The notes beneath the pieces are model-generated. The model searched no databases and had not been told where the DNA came from. It saw only the letters and a list, made by a program, of their open reading frames with translations. DNA of 13,359 nt, taken from NCBI GenBank assembly GCA_964645535.1, contig CAZYCQ010000073.1, positions 1 to 13,359 of the forward strand, read 5' to 3'. Below are positions 1 through 7,314 of this stretch, one piece after another. A program made the translations under genes and the position numbers. The stretch comes from an uncultured archaeon (GTDB taxonomy: Archaea > Asgardarchaeota > Heimdallarchaeia > Heimdallarchaeales > Kariarchaeaceae). How positions within the stretch are numbered: position 1 is the stretch's first letter; each line of letters starts with the position of its first letter.

Positions 1-146
1 TTCGATATTGGTTATTCGATATATAAAAAACAATCCATAGTTGCACTAATAGGAAATAAAAAATTTCTAAAAAGATATTTTTTGTTTTTATGATCCATAG
101 CATTGTTTCAATTTAATTTGATTTCAACTATATCTCAAATTTTAAT

Positions 147-160
147 TCGCATATATGCGA
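147..160. promoter_or_regulatory. Perfect 14-bp palindrome TCGCATATATGCGA, putative operator upstream of the wHTH regulator
   Basis: Self-complementary 147-160; a third TCGCA half-site at 170-174; lies in an AT-rich tract about 50-85 nt before the likely start codons (211/220/244). Confidence 0.45.
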
Positions 161-210
161 TTGTTATGCTCGCAATCGACACAGATATATTTGTAAAAGA
201 AGAGGTAGGG

Positions 211-1191
211 TTGATAAGGTTGACATCTGATAGCCCCAATAAAATGCATGATTCCGTTTCTGAGCTATGGATGGCTCCAGGATACTCAAGGGCCTGGGAG
301 AAACCATTTGACGGACTTTCACGATCATTTACAGAGTATGAAATTTTGAAATTTGTAGGAACCGGAAAATTTGATTCAATCATAGACATCTATAATGCCT
401 TAGTGATAAAGTATCCTAACCTCAAAAAATCCAAATCACAAATTTATAGGATCATAGAAAATCTTGAGTCAGAGGGATTGATCCATACAAACAAAGATGG
501 AAAAAATAAAAGGCTTGAACTCACCGATGTGGGATTTCAGGAAATTGGAAACTTAATGCGTTATGTCTTCGACTTTCTAAGAGAAAAAGTCATTCTTGAA
601 GGACTGTGGGAAGACATTCTTGAAATGGTAGTTCCTCAAACAGGATGTATCAGGTCAGGACAAACAGTTTTTGCAGGACCAATCGCCTACGGAATAAATA
701 TTCTTTGGAATTCATGCAAGAGATGTGATTTGTGGAATGGAGAGGATGAAACCCAAAAATCCCCAATATTCCTTGCACTTCCCGATTCTGACCTCACCCA
801 ACCACCGTTTGAAAAAAATCAGCTCCAGGTTCTTGAAACCCCTAATCCCTATGATTGGCTTCCAAAGGCCGAAAGCACCGATTTGTTTACAGGAATAAGT
901 CTCATCACAAAATTCGGATCAAAAATCCTTGAGGAAGTATGGAGAATTCTGAAACCAAACGCCCATGCGCTTTTCATTGAACCAGTGAAGACAACCCCAA
1001 ATATCATTTTACTGATGTACAACCATATCATCGCTTTGAATAAGATTGAAACTGCAAAGAGGTGGACAATCAACAAAAGAAAAGACAAGCTTTTCACCAG
1101 AGAGGAACTGAAAGAGATGTTGGAACAGCAGTTCTCAGAGGTCAAAGCATTTTCAGAAAGCTTGATGAAAACCTTCATTGTTAGGAAATGA
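211..1191 (+). CDS. Winged-helix (PadR/ArsR-like) transcriptional regulator fused to a degenerate class I SAM-methyltransferase-like domain
   Basis: N-terminal EYEILKFV...SIIDIYNAL...SKSQIYRIIENLESEGLI...KRLELTDVG is a typical wHTH; C-terminal LPKAESTDLFTGIS...ILEEVWRILKPNAHALFIEP matches Methyltransf_11-type motifs. The ORF track starts at 103, but TTG211 (GAGGT at 202-206), TTG220 or ATG244 are more likely. Confidence 0.7.
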   Translation: MIRLTSDSPNKMHDSVSELWMAPGYSRAWEKPFDGLSRSFTEYEILKFVGTGKFDSIIDIYNALVIKYPNLKKSKSQIYRIIENLESEGLIHTNKDGKNKRLELTDVGFQEIGNLMRYVFDFLREKVILEGLWEDILEMVVPQTGCIRSGQTVFAGPIAYGINILWNSCKRCDLWNGEDETQKSPIFLALPDSDLTQPPFEKNQLQVLETPNPYDWLPKAESTDLFTGISLITKFGSKILEEVWRILKPNAHALFIEPVKTTPNIILLMYNHIIALNKIETAKRWTINKRKDKLFTREELKEMLEQQFSEVKAFSESLMKTFIVRK

Positions 1192-1195
1192 TCAA

Positions 1196-1555
1196 TCATT
1201 CGAGAGGATGAATAAAACCAGACACAACATGTTCAATTGCATAGGAATCACCTGAAGCAACCATGATCCCAGCCAATTTCAGATCTTTGAGATTGAAAGT
1301 CAAAAAATCACGTTTAGGATCAGAAGAAATCAGAATCAGCCATTTGCCAGATCCTAATGGAATTGTACGGACTTGTACCTCTGTGCCAAAAAGATCAATG
1401 AGCTCAAAAGTTGTATCAATGTTACTGAGAAAACCATTTGGGTGTTCAGCCAAGTCATCAATGATTTTTTGATCTGCCTTTATACTTTCGTCTGCATAAT
1501 ATTGTTCAAAGATAGGAAAGCCTTTTGAGGAAAGTATCACAAAAGCACGTATCAT
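1196..1555 (-). CDS. Small longin-like (sigma-adaptin/longin fold) protein
   Basis: 119 aa; N-terminal MIRAFVILSSKGFPIFEQYY is the typical longin beta-hairpin start; later beta strands (VQVRTI, WLILISSD) followed by C-terminal helices. Confidence 0.55.
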   Translation of the reverse strand: MIRAFVILSSKGFPIFEQYYADESIKADQKIIDDLAEHPNGFLSNIDTTFELIDLFGTEVQVRTIPLGSGKWLILISSDPKRDFLTFNLKDLKLAGIMVASGDSYAIEHVVSGFIHPLE

Positions 1556-1612
1556 TTAATCTAGCGAGTTAACGGACTTTCTAAATTTAAGGGTAAATAT
1601 GGAAAAAAAGTA

Positions 1613-2254
1613 TTAATTTTCCTTCAAAGCATTTAATTCTTTGATTTTTCGGATCATTCGGATAAGGACAACAATCAATGATGTGAGCAAAACGGTAGCA
1701 ATTGCTAACTTAACCTCAGGAATACTGAATAAAGGTTGGTTTTCGTCTTTTGGTGTAACATAGTCACCGGGAGGCAAGTATGGGTCTATCTGGTTTAGGT
1801 AATCTAAAGTTGTTTCAACATTGGTAGAATTGAAAGTTGTCACCAAGTTTCCATTTGGATCAAAGAGAAAATATGTGGGAATGTAGATTACATCATAGGC
1901 ATCTTGAAACTTCAGGTCATAGTCAATTCCAAATTCCCATGTAGCATTTTGCTTTTTCTTAAAATCAGCCAGTTCCTCAGGGGTATCTGAGGATGGAGAG
2001 ACAGACAATGAAAAAACAGTGAGTACATCCTTCCTCAACTCCTGAACCTCTTTCAAATGAGGCATGGCAAGAATACAGGGGCCGCACCAAGTTGCCATCG
2101 TATCAACCAATAGAAATTGTCCTTCAAAGGAGTCGAAAGAATAATACTGATTGTCCAGTCCCAAATAATCTAGTTTTATTTCATAGGCAGAGACAGGAGA
2201 TGAGAGAAGTATTGCAAGAATAAAACCAAAATTTACAAGACGAAAGGAGTTCAT
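1613..2254 (-). CDS. TlpA/ResA-family thiol-disulfide oxidoreductase, secreted and C-terminally membrane anchored
   Basis: ATWCGPC active site, IPTYFLFDPNG cis-Pro motif, N-terminal signal peptide (..SPVSA), C-terminal TM helix followed by basic residues. Confidence 0.88.
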   Translation of the reverse strand: MNSFRLVNFGFILAILLSSPVSAYEIKLDYLGLDNQYYSFDSFEGQFLLVDTMATWCGPCILAMPHLKEVQELRKDVLTVFSLSVSPSSDTPEELADFKKKQNATWEFGIDYDLKFQDAYDVIYIPTYFLFDPNGNLVTTFNSTNVETTLDYLNQIDPYLPPGDYVTPKDENQPLFSIPEVKLAIATVLLTSLIVVLIRMIRKIKELNALKEN

Positions 2255-2294
2255 TCTCTAATGTCAAATAAAGGGCTTATTTTTAATTTCTTTG

Positions 2295-3185
2295 TTAGAA
2301 ATACCGGTCAGAGAGGGTAATCATCGTTATAGACAAGATTGCAAGAAGAAGAAGCCGAAGCATGAAAAGCTTGGTTTTGAAAGCATTCTCATCAGTTGGT
2401 CTTTGAAGAAGACGAATGCACTTGTACATTAAGATGAAATCAACGATAGCAAAAACCCCTTTGAGGTACGGATTTGTGACTTCATCATCAATAAGAAGAG
2501 GAATTGTTGCCAATACCCCCGAACCAACGATCAAACTCCCAATAAAGGCCGCCATTCTTCTACCATACACGACTGCAATTGTTCGAACACCATGGGCAGA
2601 ATCTCCAGGGATGTCATAGATCCCTTTGAAAACTTCTCTTCCCCAAATTGTTCCAAGCGCCAATAATCCTACCGCTTCAACCTGTATTGTTAGCCCCCTA
2701 TAGATAAGAAGATCAGCGTAAAGAAATAGGGCATATGGAGAAAAACCAACAATGAAATTTCCAATAAGGCCGAATTTTTTAAGCCATTTATTGTAGGAAT
2801 CCAGCAAAATTGAATTTCCCAGAGCCCAGAGAGTGGAAAATGGGAAGAAGTTCGTCAGGATGTCGATAGCATATCCACTCAATACTGCAAACAGGAGAAG
2901 AAAGAGAGCAAACACCTTTGCCTCTTTCATGGATAGTTGCTTAGATGGCAAGGCTCGATAGGGAGCATTCACCATGTCAATTTCCACGTCAACAATGTCA
3001 TTATGAACCATGCTATGGGCGGTTGTAAAGAAAGCCGCACTGGCGGCAAAGGCATAGACCCTCCAATCCAGCAGGGTCTCGTTTGCAAATATTAGTGCAT
3101 AAACCACTGCAAATGCAGCAGTGAAGGCATTCAATGGGCGCATCATCCAAAAATACGCAGAAATTTTATTTCGCCCAGTTTCCAT
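2295..3185 (-). CDS. UbiA-family prenyltransferase, digeranylgeranylglyceryl phosphate (DGGGP) synthase-like
   Basis: MRPLN start motif, NDIVDVEIDMVNAPYRALPS first Asp-rich motif, YNKWLKKFGLIGN, GREVFKGIYDIPGD second motif, multiple TM helices; ATG3185 preferred over TTG3191. Confidence 0.85.
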   Translation of the reverse strand: METGRNKISAYFWMMRPLNAFTAAFAVVYALIFANETLLDWRVYAFAASAAFFTTAHSMVHNDIVDVEIDMVNAPYRALPSKQLSMKEAKVFALFLLLFAVLSGYAIDILTNFFPFSTLWALGNSILLDSYNKWLKKFGLIGNFIVGFSPYALFLYADLLIYRGLTIQVEAVGLLALGTIWGREVFKGIYDIPGDSAHGVRTIAVVYGRRMAAFIGSLIVGSGVLATIPLLIDDEVTNPYLKGVFAIVDFILMYKCIRLLQRPTDENAFKTKLFMLRLLLLAILSITMITLSDRYF

Positions 3186-3228
3186 CAACAATCAACCACA
3201 GGTATGAATTAAATATCCTATTATTGTT

Positions 3229-3831
3229 TCAAAAATAGACTGGTGGGAAATCATAAGGCACCACAAAGATGACCAGCCAAATTAGTATCAGGGTTCCGAC
3301 AATGATGCCCTTATTAGGTTTGGAAAGGGAATGGAATTTCATGGATCCCCCAACCCACCAGCCAATCATGGACAAGGGTCCCAAAAAGAGAATGTAAATC
3401 AATCTGAGAATTATCTCCGTGCGGTTCTGGCTGAGCAGGAAAGCAAAACCGATGACAAGTGCTGAAAGAATCATGAAAAGTGCAGATATTCCAATCAGAA
3501 GGTACACCCCCAAATAGAGTTCAAGAGGATTACCTGCCTCCTTTTGTTCCTTTATCCAGTCTCGAGTAATTTTGATGAATAGAAGCGGAGGAAGTATCGA
3601 CAAGATAAAGACTCGTACGCTGAAATTCTTGGTTTCTTTGAAATTTGAAAGGATCAGTAAGGACAAAAATTCTATTGACCAAAGAATCAAACTGGGAAAC
3701 AATGCTAGTTTTCCCAATTCAGAAACAGGGAGTGATTTAAGAAGAAAGATTCCAACAATGCCCATGGCAACAACATCCACGGTACGCGGGTAGGTCAAAA
3801 ATTCAAGAAGTTTGGAGTTCGAATTTTCCAC
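3229..3831 (-). CDS. Hypothetical multi-pass membrane protein (about 6 TM)
   Basis: 200-aa hydrophobic ORF with GTG start; TATA-like CTTAAAG about 29 nt upstream; no family recognised. Confidence 0.75.
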   Translation of the reverse strand: MENSNSKLLEFLTYPRTVDVVAMGIVGIFLLKSLPVSELGKLALFPSLILWSIEFLSLLILSNFKETKNFSVRVFILSILPPLLFIKITRDWIKEQKEAGNPLELYLGVYLLIGISALFMILSALVIGFAFLLSQNRTEIILRLIYILFLGPLSMIGWWVGGSMKFHSLSKPNKGIIVGTLILIWLVIFVVPYDFPPVYF

Positions 3832-3967
3832 ATCTGTTGAAAAATAATAAGCTCTTTAAGGATTTGGGAACCAAGATATTGAACCCCCGCCCCATTCCGA
3901 AATTCGTAATCACTCGTATGAGTATTTAAGTATATTGGGAATTTCAAAGGATAAATTATTATATGGA

Positions 3968-3983
3968 GAAATAAATTTATAAG
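3968..3983 (+). promoter_or_regulatory. Putative BRE/TATA promoter (GAAATAAA-TTTATAAG) for the 4049 gene
   Basis: TTTATAAG at 3976-3983 preceded by purine-rich sequence; SD-like AGGTGA just before ATG4049. Confidence 0.45.
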
Positions 3984-4048
3984 TACCCTATAGAATGACT
4001 AACTGTACGGGAGCAACTCGTCCCGGCACATACGAAAGGTGAACCCCA

Positions 4049-4666
4049 ATGCTCGATATTCTGCTCAATGTGGAAACGGAAATTCGCCAAACGATTAAGA
4101 GTGCACAAAATACTAGGCAATTGTTCAGACATGAATCTGGGCGTCAATTGATGCTTTCGGAAGTGATGGAGCATGGTGTGACTGACGGTCCCATCATAGG
4201 AGCATTGGCAATTTTCTATGCACCAGGGTATTTTATGACACTTGACAGGATATTGGCAAAACAAAAGGGGTTCAAAAAACAAAGAAGGATAATCTATTAT
4301 CTAGATTCCAGACCAGGACAAATTGGATCAACTATTTTGTTGGAATTACTGAAACTTCAGGATGGAGAAAGGTTCAGCAAGGCAGAGTTTGTCCAGAAAA
4401 TTGACCAATCCTATTTTGAGGATTTCACGGTCTCATCAGGAGAAATCAATGAAGCCCTATCAAGGATGTTTCGTAAGACCATGAAACAGTTTTTTGGCAT
4501 CAATGGTCGTTTCTTTTCGAGGAGACCATTTTCAGTATATTTCAGAAAGATCAAGGTACCACCCCATGGTTTTGATAAGAATGCCTATGAATTCCAGAAA
4601 ATGGAAATTGACTATCAGGTCAATCAATTTATCAAGCAATTGAACAAAACATTTGCAAAGGGTTAG
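4049..4666 (+). CDS. Hypothetical basic protein, possible C-terminal winged-helix domain
   Basis: 205-aa ORF with archaeal SD (GGTGA) 6 nt before ATG; STILLELLKL-FSKAEFVQKI-SSGEINEALSRM resembles a three-helix wHTH. Confidence 0.7.
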   Translation: MLDILLNVETEIRQTIKSAQNTRQLFRHESGRQLMLSEVMEHGVTDGPIIGALAIFYAPGYFMTLDRILAKQKGFKKQRRIIYYLDSRPGQIGSTILLELLKLQDGERFSKAEFVQKIDQSYFEDFTVSSGEINEALSRMFRKTMKQFFGINGRFFSRRPFSVYFRKIKVPPHGFDKNAYEFQKMEIDYQVNQFIKQLNKTFAKG

Positions 4667-4747
4667 GTTATTTGACTGATTTATTTTGAATTAGACACCT
4701 TTTTATTCCATTGAAGCAATAGAATTTCAAAGAGGAATGGAAGCATT

Positions 4748-5680
4748 ATGAGCGGTAAGCAGTTTGTATTTAAGATTCTATTGACTGGTGATGGTGCTGT
4801 CGGAAAAACCTCGATTCGAGAAAGATACATGGGAAAAGGATTTTCGGGAAATTACTTGAAAACCATCGGAGCAGATTTTGCGTCCAAAAAGGTTAATTTC
4901 GGCGATCATAAGGTTACCTATCAAATCTTTGACTTGGCAGGACAAGATGCATATGTCACTGCCAGAAAATCGTTCTACAAGGGAGGACAAGCTGCATTCC
5001 TTGTTTTTGATTTGCAAGACCCAGAAACTTTGACGAGCTTGGGCAATTGGATCAAGGATTGTATGGAAAATTCGGAGGGAACGGTACAGACTTTCATAAT
5101 TCTCGGAAACAAGGCAGATCTGGTCGAAACCCGTCAGGTTTCAAATGAGATGGCGGTTGAATACATTCAGCAGTTGGTTGCTCAAACTGGGTTGACCTTT
5201 TACTATATGGAGACTTCTGCCAAGACAGGAATGAACATTGACCTTGCATTTAGGTTGATGGGACAAAGACTTCTGAAGAAGCACAATATAGACATAGATG
5301 TAGAAATCCCAGACAATGTCTATGAAATCGGTCCCGGGATGGGAAGCGGCAATGTGGAAAAAGAAGTTGCAGAAGCGGTGGAAACAGTCGTTCAAGCTTC
5401 AGATGCCCTTATTGGAGGAATTTATACCGAATCCGGAAAGCTGAACGCTAAAGTGGAAAAGCTGGAAAAAGCAGTGGTAAAATTGGCTAAAAAAACCGAC
5501 CTCCTGGACAAAAAACTTACACGGTTAGTTATGGTAGTCAAAAGTCTTGTTGCAGGAGAAAAGGAAACCGATCTCAGTGAGTTGGAAAAACCAACCGTAA
5601 TTCCTGAGGAAGAGGAAGCAAAAGAGGACAAAACCTCCAAACAAAGGGAATTTGGGGTTCCACCTATACCTAAGAAATGA
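4748..5680 (+). CDS. Rab-like small GTPase (Ras superfamily) with C-terminal coiled-coil extension
   Basis: G1 GDGAVGKT, G2 YLKTIGADF, G3 DLAGQ, G4 GNKAD, G5 ETSAK; RabF-like motifs IGADF, FYKGG, LVFDL; about 130-aa tail with heptad repeat; no CAAX/CC prenylation motif. Confidence 0.93.
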   Translation: MSGKQFVFKILLTGDGAVGKTSIRERYMGKGFSGNYLKTIGADFASKKVNFGDHKVTYQIFDLAGQDAYVTARKSFYKGGQAAFLVFDLQDPETLTSLGNWIKDCMENSEGTVQTFIILGNKADLVETRQVSNEMAVEYIQQLVAQTGLTFYYMETSAKTGMNIDLAFRLMGQRLLKKHNIDIDVEIPDNVYEIGPGMGSGNVEKEVAEAVETVVQASDALIGGIYTESGKLNAKVEKLEKAVVKLAKKTDLLDKKLTRLVMVVKSLVAGEKETDLSELEKPTVIPEEEEAKEDKTSKQREFGVPPIPKK

Positions 5681-6463
5681 TTAGACTTCAATGATGTAAT
5701 CTTTGAGGAAATTTATCGATTCGAATAAATCAACGGAATATTGAACTGCCATCATTGCAGTCTGTTTTCGTAACTTCCCATAAAGATGGAGATCTTCATG
5801 AGCCTCCTTGCAAATATCATCTAGCTCCCATCGCGTATGGTTGAAAGGGATTCCCAACCAATGAAACAGTTCCAAAATGGTTTTCTCACCATTCCACAAT
5901 AAATTTTCTTCAACATACTTGGACAAGACCATGGTTTTTGTATCCAAAAGGGTAGAAAGAGAAGATAATCCATAAAATGAAGCTTTCTTCTTGAGTATTT
6001 CATGAGCTTTTGGAAGTTGTGAAATGAAAACAATTGGTCTTTGCTTACTCAAGGGAAGAAGATGAAATTCCAGTTTTCGCAATATGATTTCCTCGTTGAC
6101 TTCTTTCGAAAAAGAGAGCCAATGCAGAATACTGATACTAGTAGTAATTCCTGCAAGCCATATCATAGGGTCAATCCCTTGTAAATAGAAGATGTTAATA
6201 AATAAGGCATTTTTAGGGAAAGGGGCCATTGAGGGAACACCTCCTTTCTGAAGAATTGAAGCCTCTCTAAATGCAAGCATTGTGGTTTGAATATCAAGTC
6301 CATAATCCAACGAAAATTCAAACGGATCGTTTTCGAGAAGATACTGACTCGTTGTGACTCCATCCATCTCCAAAAGATTGATGGTTTCCTTTGGGAATGT
6401 TGAAATCATTGTGATAGGGACGTTCTGTTCATCTCTGGTTTTAATTCGAAGGGGTTCATTCAT
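5681..6463 (-). CDS. HhH + RNase_H_2/YprB-like (DEDD exonuclease fold) protein, probably catalytically inactive
   Basis: N-terminal PITMISTFPKETINLLEMDGVTT resembles an HhH_5/RadA-N motif; ALFINIF...IWLAGI...EEIILRKL...HEILKKKASFYGL...TILELFHWLGIPF...QYSVDL parallels the YprB/TM0106 C-terminal domain but lacks the catalytic acids. Confidence 0.55.
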   Translation of the reverse strand: MNEPLRIKTRDEQNVPITMISTFPKETINLLEMDGVTTSQYLLENDPFEFSLDYGLDIQTTMLAFREASILQKGGVPSMAPFPKNALFINIFYLQGIDPMIWLAGITTSISILHWLSFSKEVNEEIILRKLEFHLLPLSKQRPIVFISQLPKAHEILKKKASFYGLSSLSTLLDTKTMVLSKYVEENLLWNGEKTILELFHWLGIPFNHTRWELDDICKEAHEDLHLYGKLRKQTAMMAVQYSVDLFESINFLKDYIIEV

Positions 6464-6502
6464 TTCCTTTAACTAAAAAATTCAAGTAAAAAGGACAGAT
6501 AT

Positions 6503-7264
6503 TCAAACACCGAATTTGAGCCTTGATCCAAGTTCCTCAGGCAAATGGCATTGATGGACTTCGTCTATCACCTCTTCAATGTCATAAGGAACCCGTATCA
6601 ATTCATTGGATTTGTTTTTGAGATCGACAATTGCATAGGCAGCCCTGAAATCATTGTCTCGAGGTTGGCCGATTGAGCCGGGATTGACAAAAATCTTTCC
6701 CGTGTCGGAATAGAATTCTCCTTGGATGTGGGAATGTCCAACAAAGAGATAATCTGTTGTAGTTGCAGCAAGAGCTTTTTCTATTGATTCCAAAAAAAGA
6801 TTGGTAGTAGGTCCATAAACATAATCGAATATTGTCACTGGATGTCCATGAACAAGTGTTGCAGTTCCATAAGGGGTTTCAAGGATGGTTTTCAAAGGGA
6901 GGTGAAGCAGATATTTTTTCTGATCCTCTCTTAATAATGGATTTGTGAATTCAAGACTTCGTTGGGCAGCAGGTCGAGCAATTTTGTATAAGGGGTTGGA
7001 GAGATCAACAGCAGCCCAATCATGATTCCCCATTACTCCAATATCGATAATGGGTTTTGTGGCATCCAACACTTCGACGGGACGGGTATAATATCCAACA
7101 AGATCACCAAGAGAAATAACACCATCAAAACTTCGTTTTTCCATGTCTTCCAAGACGGCAACCAATGCAGGGTAATTTGCGTGAATGTCTGCAATCAATG
7201 CGATTCTTTCATAGTCACGATGTTCCACGGTTACTTCGAAGAGTGATTCTTCTGCCATCAGCAT
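6503..7264 (-). CDS. Calcineurin-like metallophosphoesterase (YfcE/MJ0912-type, Metallophos_2)
   Basis: DIHAN, GDLVGY, GNHD, VHG, GHSH and NPGSIGQPRD motifs all intact. Confidence 0.92.
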   Translation of the reverse strand: MLMAEESLFEVTVEHRDYERIALIADIHANYPALVAVLEDMEKRSFDGVISLGDLVGYYTRPVEVLDATKPIIDIGVMGNHDWAAVDLSNPLYKIARPAAQRSLEFTNPLLREDQKKYLLHLPLKTILETPYGTATLVHGHPVTIFDYVYGPTTNLFLESIEKALAATTTDYLFVGHSHIQGEFYSDTGKIFVNPGSIGQPRDNDFRAAYAIVDLKNKSNELIRVPYDIEEVIDEVHQCHLPEELGSRLKFGV

Positions 7265-7298
7265 ATAATAACAGTAAATGGAATTTATTAAGTTAGAG

Positions 7299-7314
7299 GA
7301 AGGAAAAAGAAAAA
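7299..7314 (-). terminator. Pyrimidine/oligo-T tract after the last gene of the MoxR cluster
   Basis: Minus strand TTTTCTTTTTCCTTCC immediately after the stop at 7315; archaeal terminators are U-rich. Confidence 0.35.

Noticed and set aside
103-210. N-terminal extension of the first ORF as given by the ORF track
   Set aside because: AT-rich TTG-initiated stretch containing a palindrome and a TATA-like element; more likely promoter DNA
3860-3900. Minus-strand GCGGGGGTTCAATATC resembling a tRNA T-arm or att site
   Set aside because: The T-stem cannot close, there is no cloverleaf or CCA, and no integrase is nearby
3977-4282. 101-aa antisense ORF rich in Cys/His
   Set aside because: Overlaps the SD-supported 4049 gene on the opposite strand; no recognisable motif
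6503-7264. Vps29/retromer assignment for the metallophosphoesterase
   Set aside because: Same fold, but the complete DIHAN/GDLVGY/GNHD/NPGSIGQPRD set and 253-aa length fit the widespread prokaryotic MJ0912-type family
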